Virus record (IMG/VR): IMGVR_UViG_3300044826_000112
Length of the DNA stretch: 64,000 nt
Reading direction: 5' to 3' (one strand)
DNA from: a virus
Under the pieces are notes generated by a model, which saw only the letters and a program-made list of their open reading frames with translations, ran no database searches and had not been told where the DNA came from. Below, piece after piece: positions 7,801-15,463 of this stretch; positions within the stretch are counted from its first letter, which is position 1; every line of letters starts with the position of its first letter. The translations under genes were made by a program, and so were the position numbers.

Positions 7801-9436
7801 CGGTTTGCACCAGCGGAGCTTCGCGACCAACCAGAGACAGAGCCTGCGGCAGTGCTTTACCAGCCATGGTCAGACGACCTGGGTGGTTACTGTTCAGGAA
7901 CGGCACAAGGTTAGTGGTGATGGTGTACATATCTGTACCAGACGGGATCCAGTACTGTACTTGCTCACGAGGAACTTTACGGAATTCCCCATTGACCTGG
8001 GCAGTAACGACAGGTTTGCCGTTATCTTTTTCTCCCGGGAAGCCAACTACGTGAACCATCAGCTCGTGGGTAGACAGGTACACTTCCTTGCCAGTCTTCG
8101 CATCGAGTGCACGGGAGTACATGGTACCCTCTTTGTCACGACGAGCGGTGATAGTGAAGCGTTGGTCCAGACCAGCCATACGGGATTCAGGCGTACGGGA
8201 CGGGTCGATGATGCCCAGATGGGATGGGTGCACGTTACGTGACTCCATAGGGGCAGACTGGTCGTCCTTGATACCACCCTCACCTTGACCGATGATGGTT
8301 ACCTTACCGACGTTCTCGAGGGATTCGATAGGGTTGGTTTCGTCCGGAGTACTTGCCAGCTGGGACTTGATGATGAAGTCTTCGAAGACGCGATTAAACG
8401 GCTTGGAAGGCAGAACCTTACGCAGGTCAGGAGCTGCATCATCGAGACGGCTCAGGTTGTACTTGATACGGTCGAAGCTACGGGTAACAGTCTGGTGTGC
8501 CTTGTTCTCGTCAAAACGACGAGCAATGAAGTCAGGCAGGTTCTGTACACGCTTGAACTGGAGGCTGTCACGGTTATCTTCCGGACGCTCACGACGGTAC
8601 AGAGCAACCAGGTTGCTGATGGCACGCAGGAAGACTTCACCATTCACATGGCTGAAGGATTTACCCAGGGTGATGCCAGTAGTGTCTTCGTTCAGAGAAC
8701 CTTCTTGGATACGACGACGAAGAGCCTCGATACGTTCCTCGTAAGAAGCGTTAGGGTTCATGTCACGTTGGTTCATCATACGGCGATACAGATCGCGGAT
8801 GATGCGGTCTTTCTGAGGCAGAACGGCCTTGTTGGCCTCCCAGATTTCCTTACGGATGAACTGGGTGATCTGAGCATCAGTGTAGCCGAAGACCTCGGTC
8901 AGTACTGGAGCTACAGGGAGCTTCACAGACTTATCGCCGATCTTGCTGAAGGTGATGATGTAAGTAGTCGGGTCCATCGCAATGGAGTAGCCCACACCGA
9001 CACCCGTGTTGAAATGGTTCTCTGGCTCGCCTGTGTTCTTACGGCGAGTGTACACACCAGGACGCAGCTGGATCAGGTTGGCAACGGAGTAGTTGTTACC
9101 CTTGTAGATCAGCGTGTGCTTGTTGGTGATGTGGAAAGTATCAGCCAGAGAGAAACGCTCGATCTTGTCGACGAGTTCTCCAGAGGCGATATCGTACAGA
9201 AGCAGAGTACCTTTCACCGGATAGGTTAGGGAGCCGGATTTCAGAATGGCTTCCTTCTCATGCTTATGAGAGAAATCCTTCTTGTCAACGTACAGGTCCT
9301 TTACATCAAGACGGTACTTGCCCGTCTCGATAGGGAACTGACGTTTGATCCCGTCCAGCATAGCCTGGTCGGTAGACTCGTTCATGTCTACTGGGCTGCT
9401 GAAAATAGGGATCAGTTGGTCAGGGCTCTTAGGCAT
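4847..9436 (-). CDS. rpoB: DNA-directed RNA polymerase: full beta subunit fused to the N-terminal/catalytic part of beta'
   Basis: Beta motifs RNVHPSHLGIIDPSRTPES, AYMPYKGYNHEDG, GDKITGLHGNKGVIS, LNPASVTSRINLGQVLE; beta' motifs VPVIPPKMRP, KKQDFSGRAVI, LNRAPTL and catalytic AADYDGD (5114-5134); junction near nt 6400. Confidence 0.95.
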   Translation of the reverse strand: MPKSPDQLIPIFSSPVDMNESTDQAMLDGIKRQFPIETGKYRLDVKDLYVDKKDFSHKHEKEAILKSGSLTYPVKGTLLLYDIASGELVDKIERFSLADTFHITNKHTLIYKGNNYSVANLIQLRPGVYTRRKNTGEPENHFNTGVGVGYSIAMDPTTYIITFSKIGDKSVKLPVAPVLTEVFGYTDAQITQFIRKEIWEANKAVLPQKDRIIRDLYRRMMNQRDMNPNASYEERIEALRRRIQEGSLNEDTTGITLGKSFSHVNGEVFLRAISNLVALYRRERPEDNRDSLQFKRVQNLPDFIARRFDENKAHQTVTRSFDRIKYNLSRLDDAAPDLRKVLPSKPFNRVFEDFIIKSQLASTPDETNPIESLENVGKVTIIGQGEGGIKDDQSAPMESRNVHPSHLGIIDPSRTPESRMAGLDQRFTITARRDKEGTMYSRALDAKTGKEVYLSTHELMVHVVGFPGEKDNGKPVVTAQVNGEFRKVPREQVQYWIPSGTDMYTITTNLVPFLNSNHPGRLTMAGKALPQALSLVGREAPLVQTVDPNSGHSYVHHIGKIISTLAPTDGIITKATDEEVHIKGADGKNHVVDFVKNLPFNMKGFHDDEPYQHKVGDKVTAGQTLADNNYTKDGVLAIGKNLHVAYMPYKGYNHEDGIVASRSATKSLRSHHAYKFDYTITKITKTNKALLSKQTSKFTPSQLAKLDERGFPKKGTKLEYGDPVFAVLEERQATETDKVLGRLYKTLTNPYKVVSEVWDHEEPGEVVDVYTDSENVRILVRCERDLEIGDKITGLHGNKGVISHIMEDHEMPHSRDTGKPVDLVLNPASVTSRINLGQVLETAAAKIAKKTGEPYKTVVYENQNNIVKVMDDLKKHNLSDTEEIYDPVSGKTIGDKVLAGPQYIIKLNKTTDANYSARSVGGYDNNAQPTKGGDDGAKAVSYMEFLGLLGSDARKNLKEIGTVKSEGGINSDTHDYWERLMKGMPLPQPKTTFATKKFLDYLRGSGIKVSHKEGFLQAGPMTDNDVLNLSKGQVTNTISMKARTQKGEPGSIFDQTITGGFEGSKWSHYTLAEPIVNPNLENPLKTILNINQKEFDNITSGRYGVVRREKGLYDIVDTHDNDKVLRQVGIIGGITKKAEKYDEYVEPQVGGEAFKQMLQDIDPAEEIEALKEAIKKSTSVSKRNDAIKRLKFLHGLHSQGHKELDKAMVLHHVPVIPPKMRPISITNQNIEYGDVNKLYQHHMLVSNRINKIYEEAGGKDMVLPDMEGMADLRRDLYAGAKAIMAGGDPIDYESKQKGVKGLMTSITGTTSPKYGYFHDKILRKKQDFSGRAVIYAAPDVGFNEAKFPKEQLWEMYKMHIIRDLSQKGYDLAAAKKAYEERNTAATASFNKMVDEVPLILNRAPTLMRTNIMALKPIPVAGKTIGLNILHLPGYAADYDGDAMSAFVPMSPEAIKEAKEKLLPEHHLHDARKGFGNPMFAPGHEAILGSVHLTKPDHEKAVVEFASEDEAMKALERGEIDDNTPIKIKG

Positions 9437-9722
9437 TTAAGCGTCTCTCCAAATAAGTAACAACAATGGTGTAAGTACCAGTAGCCGGAGAGATGGAGTC
9501 TTTACGTTCAACGATCATGACACCACCGTCCGGGCGGATGCTACGGGTCATCAAAGCTTCAAGTTCGGCTTGGGAATCAAAGCCGTTCTCTCCGCCAATC
9601 TGGTAGTAGCCAATGCGGTACTGGAACTCATCGGGGCTTGGTTTCTGAGAAACACCCCCGGTCGTTAGACCGGGAAGTGATACTTCTTGGGAAACCGAAT
9701 CAAACGGATTCAGTCCACTCAT
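9429..9722 (-). CDS. Hypothetical protein (97 aa)
   Basis: ORF overlapping both neighbours between the portal and RNAP genes. Confidence 0.75.
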   Translation of the reverse strand: MSGLNPFDSVSQEVSLPGLTTGGVSQKPSPDEFQYRIGYYQIGGENGFDSQAELEALMTRSIRPDGGVMIVERKDSISPATGTYTIVVTYLERRLNA

Positions 9723-11542
9723 TCCTTATCTCCACTCTTCTTAGGAGCCGGCTTCTTCTCAGCAGGCTTCTTCGGTTCAGGCTTCTTGGCTTCCGGCTTA
9801 GGAGCCGGAGCTCCACCGCCTTCTTCCATTTCCTCTTCCGGCATACCTTGAGCAACCATAGAGTGGTCGCTCAGCATCTGCTGGATGATCTCTAGAACGC
9901 TATTGTACAGCGTAGGATCGCTTTGTTGAAGCTGAGTTAGAGCTGCACGCTGCTCGGCAGGGTCAGTCATCTGGTTCAGGATCTTGTTGGCGATCTGGTA
10001 CGCTTGCTGCTGGTTCTGTTGGAAACCGTTATCGTCTTGGTTCTCAGAGTTCACGTCCTTGGACTTCATGAACTTGGCAATCTTCAGTTCGTGTTCGACC
10101 TGAACATCACTTTCAACCTTAGCGACAGCATCCTTACGCATCTTCTCCAGCTCTTCGCTGTACTCGATGCCGCTAGCTTCCAGGAAGGTGCTAGTGGAGA
10201 TAAGTTGAGCCTTCCACATCTCGAGCATGAGCTGCTTCAGGTTCTCGTTATCCGTAAGTTTAAACGGAACGAGGCTGATCGGAACGATTTCCAGACCGAG
10301 GTATTGGGAGATCTTCTCCATTACCCACTTGATGAAGTCTTCGATCTGACCAACGTAGTTGTTCATAGTGTTTTCCAGCAGGCGTAGGCCTACAGTGGAG
10401 CTGGTCCAGTTGGTAGTACCGGACAGAAGCTCGCGGGAAACACCCATAGACATCAGCATTGTCTCTTCAGCGAACTGCAGTTCCTGGCTAACCAGCAGGG
10501 ATTTACCCTGACCGCCCAGGTTCTGGTAACCCACCGGCACTGGAGCGATGATTACGTGGTTCGGGTCCTTCTTGAAGTGACGGATGTTCTGCTTCATCTG
10601 GTCCGCAAAGTTACGCATAGACATCATCGCAACCGGGTCACCTTGACCGGAGGACTGCTGAGGGAACATTACTCGCAGAGGAGTCATGTGCTCAGAGGCT
10701 ACCGCTTCGTTTGCCTTACGCAGCATTGCTTGGTAGAACACCAGGCCGTACTGGGAGATGAGCGGAGGCACACCCATACCGTCAATCATGCCACCCATAG
10801 AGATGGTCTTCAGGTGGTACACGTTAGAGCGGTCGAACAGGAAGTCCGTATTGCTCTTAACTGCATCCACGAAAGGCCACGGCACAGAGGAGATGAACAG
10901 GGGGTCACCTGTCATGATCTTCCGCTTCACATCACCTGGGATGGTGTAGTAGTAGTCAGCCTCATCGGTGATCGGGTTGTGGTTGATCGCGATGTTTTCA
11001 GGCTTCCACTTCACCAAGTTGATGCGGGAGATGTCCATGCTCTTCTTGTCGATGCGATTGAAGATGCCTTTCATAGCACAACGAGGGCATTCACCCACGA
11101 ACTCATAACGTTTGAACTTGACGAAGCCCTTAGTAAGAGCGTTCTTGGCTTCATAGGAGCTCTTGCAGCTAGGGCACTCGACGTAGCGATCGACCGGGAA
11201 GTAGATCGAGGAGATCACGTTACCCAGAGTGTAGTAGTCAAAGCCGATGTCCGTCAGCTTGTACTTCAGACGGATGCTGTCGATGATCTTGCGGTACGAT
11301 GCACGAGTCTTTTCCTGCTTGGTATCGATAACGAAGTCCGTGATCGGGTACGAGGAAAGCTTCCGGATTACCTCAGTGGTAGTCGGAGCCTGAGTCGTGA
11401 TGTAACGAGACCATTTGATCACGTCATGGAAGTTGCGAGGGACGAACTGGTTGGCAACCGTGAAGAACGGGTTGGGCAACTGGCCAATGCCATATTGTTC
11501 GTACATACCCGCCATTTGTGGCGCCATGCCTGGAATATTCAT
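9719..11542 (-). CDS. Putative portal protein with a zinc-ribbon insertion
   Basis: About 607 aa; DYYTLGNVISSIYFP, VYHLK...GMGVPPL, and LLVSQELQFAEETMLMSMGVSRELLSG resemble the portal layout; CPSC...CPRC insertion; low-complexity E/K/P tail. Confidence 0.6.
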   Translation of the reverse strand: MNIPGMAPQMAGMYEQYGIGQLPNPFFTVANQFVPRNFHDVIKWSRYITTQAPTTTEVIRKLSSYPITDFVIDTKQEKTRASYRKIIDSIRLKYKLTDIGFDYYTLGNVISSIYFPVDRYVECPSCKSSYEAKNALTKGFVKFKRYEFVGECPRCAMKGIFNRIDKKSMDISRINLVKWKPENIAINHNPITDEADYYYTIPGDVKRKIMTGDPLFISSVPWPFVDAVKSNTDFLFDRSNVYHLKTISMGGMIDGMGVPPLISQYGLVFYQAMLRKANEAVASEHMTPLRVMFPQQSSGQGDPVAMMSMRNFADQMKQNIRHFKKDPNHVIIAPVPVGYQNLGGQGKSLLVSQELQFAEETMLMSMGVSRELLSGTTNWTSSTVGLRLLENTMNNYVGQIEDFIKWVMEKISQYLGLEIVPISLVPFKLTDNENLKQLMLEMWKAQLISTSTFLEASGIEYSEELEKMRKDAVAKVESDVQVEHELKIAKFMKSKDVNSENQDDNGFQQNQQQAYQIANKILNQMTDPAEQRAALTQLQQSDPTLYNSVLEIIQQMLSDHSMVAQGMPEEEMEEGGGAPAPKPEAKKPEPKKPAEKKPAPKKSGDKE

Positions 11543-11606
11543 TATCAAACCTCACTTAGCTAGTCTGCTTTAAGTTTAAGTGGATTCAATTCTACACTGT
11601 GGCTCC

Positions 11607-11677
11607 GGTATAAGGAAGATAGAGTGGAGCAATAGGTTCACTTCTAAACCATTTTTCCTACACCTTACCGGTATAAG
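11607..11677 (+). promoter_or_regulatory. Two GGTATAAG phage promoter motifs (11607, 11670), the second inside a hairpin
   Basis: Motif recurs upstream of many plus-strand genes; TTCCTACAC...GTGTAGGAA flanks the second copy. Confidence 0.6.
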
Positions 11678-11722
11678 ATCAGTGTAGGAAACCTTACATA
11701 TACTCAATTGAGGAATTTTGCT

Positions 11723-12220
11723 ATGAACAACTCCAACAAGAAAGCCCAAGGTCAACAAGGTCAATCCACCGAAGCCAAAGATCTGCTCGACGCCTTGGCA
11801 GGCAAGACAGCAGAAGAACAGAACCAGATTCTGGCTGCTGCCATCGAAGGCACCCGTCAGACCATGGAAGATGACATTGGTAAGCTGACCCGCAGCCAAG
11901 AAGAGATGGCTCGCAAGCTGGATGCTCTGGCCGGTGCGGCTGTGAAAGGTCAAGTAGACGAGACCGCCAAGGTCGAGAAGAAAGGCCTGGCCTCCAGTGC
12001 TCTGGACACCATCAAGAACCGTCCGATCGTGGTTGGTGCTGCTGTGGCTACTACTGTGGCCGTCGGCGTAGGCGGCGTGTATGCCTACAAGAAGTATCAG
12101 GAAAGCAAAGCTGCAGCCACCACTGGCGAGACCAGCGAAGCCGTACTGCTGCTGGACCAACCGTCTGCTGTTGAAGTCAGCAAAGACGCAGCTGTAGCGG
12201 CCGCCCTGGGCGATCGCTAA
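11723..12220 (+). CDS. Hypothetical membrane-anchored coiled-coil protein
   Basis: GAGG RBS; heptad-like N-terminal half; single TM segment IVVGAAVATTVAVGVGGVYAY followed by KKY; strong codon bias. Confidence 0.8.
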   Translation: MNNSNKKAQGQQGQSTEAKDLLDALAGKTAEEQNQILAAAIEGTRQTMEDDIGKLTRSQEEMARKLDALAGAAVKGQVDETAKVEKKGLASSALDTIKNRPIVVGAAVATTVAVGVGGVYAYKKYQESKAAATTGETSEAVLLLDQPSAVEVSKDAAVAAALGDR

Positions 12221-12230
12221 GCTGTAAACT

Positions 12231-12259
12231 AAAGAGGGGGCACATGCCCCTTCTTTTTT
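12231..12259 (+). terminator. Rho-independent terminator
   Basis: AAAGAGGGGGCACATGCCCCTTCTTTTTT. Confidence 0.75.
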
Positions 12260-12267
12260 ACTAGGAG

Positions 12268-12561
12268 ATGGTTATGACACCAATGGAAATGCTGGAGTAC
12301 ATTAGGGTTCCCGGTTTGCCCGGTAATCCATTCCAGGAGTTGACCGCTAAGGTCGACAAAGTGATCGCAAAGTTGCGTTGGGGGCAGGATGGTGGAGGCC
12401 TAGTTAAGCGTATCGGCAACAATGTCGACCGTTTGAACAAGCTGAAGTACGTATTGATGTCCAACTCAGTCTCGGAAGACGAGCTCAAAAAAGCCGCCGA
12501 GGAGATTGAACCCCTCATGGCGGCTATTCACAGAGATGCTGACCTATTGCTTACGCTTTAG
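12268..12561 (+). CDS. Hypothetical protein
   Basis: AGGAG RBS, 97 aa helical ORF. Confidence 0.7.
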   Translation: MVMTPMEMLEYIRVPGLPGNPFQELTAKVDKVIAKLRWGQDGGGLVKRIGNNVDRLNKLKYVLMSNSVSEDELKKAAEEIEPLMAAIHRDADLLLTL

Positions 12562-13465
12562 GGAGAATCTTCGTTTGCTGAATCAGAACCGTACCATTCT
12601 GAACCATCGGACCACCAAGCGAAACAGTCTTCGCGGTGGCGTTGATGGTGAAGGTCGTCTGATACAGACCTGAGACGTATACTTCGATACTGTCTTTACC
12701 TAGTCCCAAGTCCATGCCGGCCACGGCACCTACGTTGATCACCTGGTCACCCTTAGCAAGGGAGACTTCGTGGCGGATCTTCGTGATACGTGCGTCGGCA
12801 AGGGATACTGGACCCAGGGTACCAATCGCAATCAGCTTGGACATGTCCTTCATGTTCAGCATCTTGATATCAGCTGCTGTCAGAGCGGTTTGACCATAGC
12901 CAAGAGTGAAGCTCAGGACCGGAATCTGACCGGAGTCAGGAGCAAGACCTGGTTCAGTACCAGTTTCTACGTACTCAGCGGTGTTCTTGATGGACAAGCG
13001 GCACACCTTGATCAGGGAGTTGTTAGATGGCACCCGATCGTTTTCAGTAGGCTCATCTAGACGTGCCTGTACCAAGTACTTGATACGGCGGCCTGGAGTG
13101 GAAGACGCCTGGATGTTCGAGAAGGTAGTCGGCTTGTCATGGATGCCCAGTACCGGGATCTTGAAATCCGGATCCTGAGGGTTGATGATCTGGCTTTGTA
13201 CCATGTATCCGAACATGAACTTCAGACGGAGTCCGCCCGGGTAGTTCAGTAATCCCGCGAATTGGTCAAGACCAACGATGGACATCGCAGTAGCTGCGGC
13301 ACCAAGAGCGGAACGGTCAGCACCACCAGTAACAAGGTCAAGCTCGTTACAGATGGTCAGCATGTTCTGGTGCAGGTCCTGCAGTGGACGGTTATCCACT
13401 GTGTAGTAGTACGGATCTAGCGGGGTGTAGAAACGTACGGCGGTAAGTTTGCTTGCGGTTGTCAT
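12551..13465 (-). CDS. Hypothetical protein, probable virion/baseplate component
   Basis: GAGG RBS; N-terminal YYYTVDNRPLQDL and beta-rich C-terminus (IEVYVSGLYQ); TAAAAT motif upstream as for other structural genes. Confidence 0.65.
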   Translation of the reverse strand: MTTASKLTAVRFYTPLDPYYYTVDNRPLQDLHQNMLTICNELDLVTGGADRSALGAAATAMSIVGLDQFAGLLNYPGGLRLKFMFGYMVQSQIINPQDPDFKIPVLGIHDKPTTFSNIQASSTPGRRIKYLVQARLDEPTENDRVPSNNSLIKVCRLSIKNTAEYVETGTEPGLAPDSGQIPVLSFTLGYGQTALTAADIKMLNMKDMSKLIAIGTLGPVSLADARITKIRHEVSLAKGDQVINVGAVAGMDLGLGKDSIEVYVSGLYQTTFTINATAKTVSLGGPMVQNGTVLIQQTKILPKA

Positions 13466-13509
13466 ATAGTGGTATCCTCTTAACCGTGCTTATTTTACGA
13501 GAGAATGGT

Positions 13510-15417
13510 ATGCGTCTCAACTTAACAGAAGATCAGCGATACATCGAGTTTAGGCCGGCGGATGCGGTAGAGCGTAATATGCTCGACAACTTCCCCGCCT
13601 TTATCCGAAAGGCTGGCCGGAGATTACTCCCAGCCAAGCCACATGTTGTCCAGAGTGTAATCTCTCGCTTGAAGAAGATCTACAAAAAGCCGATCAAGGT
13701 CGATCAAAAAGAGATCGTCGATATGGTTCGTAGTCAGCTCAAGCTGAAAGAGATTCCCTCTGATTTTACCTATTTCACAAACCCTCTTGAACACCAAGAG
13801 ATTGCCTTGCGGTACATGTACACCGTAGGCTCTGCTGGTTTGCTGCTTGACCCGGGCCTGGGTAAGACCAAAGTGATTCTCGACTTCATTGCTCTGATGA
13901 AGTTCGCCAAGTCACTGATCGTCTGTCCGAAGGCTCTCTTGTTCGTCTGGGAAGATGAGCAGAAGAAGCATCGTCCGGATAAGTCCATCTATGTAATCGA
14001 GTCCACCTCTTGGGGTGAACGGATTCAGGGTGCCCAGAAGCGGAAGATCAAGTGGGAAGAGGAGATGTTGGCATGCAAGGAAGGCTCTGACGAGTACAAG
14101 CGTGCACGCATCAACTTCAACAAGGCCTGCAAGGACCTTGAAGAGCTCCCGAAGGCAGCTGCTGCTGACCTGGAGCGTGCTAAGGCTGCTGATATCGTGG
14201 TCGTGAACTACGACAAAGTGGCTAACGGCTTGGATTACTTCAAGCGGCACTTCAAGTTCGACTTCATGGCTCTGGATGAAGGTCTCATCAAGTCTCACGA
14301 CTCCAAGCGTACCAAGGCAGTGACTGAGCTGGGTGCCAAGACTCCATACCGCTGTGTGATGTCTGGTACTTTGATCAACAACACTGCTCTGGATGCATAC
14401 TCCCCTATCCGCTTCATCGAGCCGGCTCTAGTAGGTACTGGTCACGGTCGCTTCGTGAACAAGTACGCCAAGCGGATTGACCTTAAGGATGGCCGTTCGT
14501 TCATTGCCGGCGTCAGTAAGGAAAACATCGAGGAGATTCGAACAATCCTTGAGTCGTGCTCTATCGTTATGCGGAAGGAAGAGTGGCTGAAGAATCTGCC
14601 TGGCAAGACCTTCAACGTCATTACTTCGGAGATGACACAAGAGCAAAAAGACGTCTTGGAACCCCTGGTTTCTACCTACATCACAAGGTTCCAAGAGAAG
14701 GAGGTGGCAGTTGAGAACCCCCTGAGCCTCATGGCTAAGGTCTCACAGATCACCAACGGATTCCTGTACGTTTACGACGAGGTGAAAGATGAAGATGACT
14801 ATCTGGCAGACCTATTTGGCCTTCAAGACGATGCCAAACCCAAGACTAAGGGCCCGCGGGAAACGCTGTACTTCGGGCAGCAGCCGAAGCTTCAGAGTCT
14901 TATCGATCTGGTTACGGGCCCTCTCCGTCAGCGAAAAGCCATCGTATGGTATAACTGCACGGCTGAGTTCGATCTGTTGTCTCAAACGTTCAAGCGACTG
15001 GGTATCAAGTTCCTATCCATCCGTGGCGGCAGTAAGACGACAGGTGAAGTGGTCCGGATGTTCAACCAAAGCGATGAGTACCAGTTCCTTATCTGCCAAG
15101 CCAAGGCGGTTAACTATGGGATCACGGTACTCGGGAAGAACCCTGAGGCGTTAGAGGGTGACATCGATGGCTTGATGCCTGAGATTGACACTCGGGTTTA
15201 CACCCACATCTTCTACAGCCTCAACTACAGTCTGGAGGTTTTCCTACAGCAACAGGACCGATCTCACCGTATCGGTCAGACCATGCCTGTGGATTACTAC
15301 ATCCTACTCTCTGACTGCTATGCCGATCAGGCCATCTACAACGCCCTGTCTACCAAGATGGAGGTGCGAGAGGCGACTCTGATCGACATCTCAAGAAGAT
15401 TGAAGGAACTGGTATAA
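13510..15417 (+). CDS. SNF2-family helicase/ATPase
   Basis: LLDPGLGKT (motif I), LIVCPK, Walker B ALDEG, MSGT (III), QQQDRSHRIGQT (VI). Confidence 0.9.
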   Translation: MRLNLTEDQRYIEFRPADAVERNMLDNFPAFIRKAGRRLLPAKPHVVQSVISRLKKIYKKPIKVDQKEIVDMVRSQLKLKEIPSDFTYFTNPLEHQEIALRYMYTVGSAGLLLDPGLGKTKVILDFIALMKFAKSLIVCPKALLFVWEDEQKKHRPDKSIYVIESTSWGERIQGAQKRKIKWEEEMLACKEGSDEYKRARINFNKACKDLEELPKAAAADLERAKAADIVVVNYDKVANGLDYFKRHFKFDFMALDEGLIKSHDSKRTKAVTELGAKTPYRCVMSGTLINNTALDAYSPIRFIEPALVGTGHGRFVNKYAKRIDLKDGRSFIAGVSKENIEEIRTILESCSIVMRKEEWLKNLPGKTFNVITSEMTQEQKDVLEPLVSTYITRFQEKEVAVENPLSLMAKVSQITNGFLYVYDEVKDEDDYLADLFGLQDDAKPKTKGPRETLYFGQQPKLQSLIDLVTGPLRQRKAIVWYNCTAEFDLLSQTFKRLGIKFLSIRGGSKTTGEVVRMFNQSDEYQFLICQAKAVNYGITVLGKNPEALEGDIDGLMPEIDTRVYTHIFYSLNYSLEVFLQQQDRSHRIGQTMPVDYYILLSDCYADQAIYNALSTKMEVREATLIDISRRLKELV

Positions 15418-15463
15418 CCACTAAGGGGCACCATCACGGTGCCCTTTGTCTAAGGAGGTTTTG

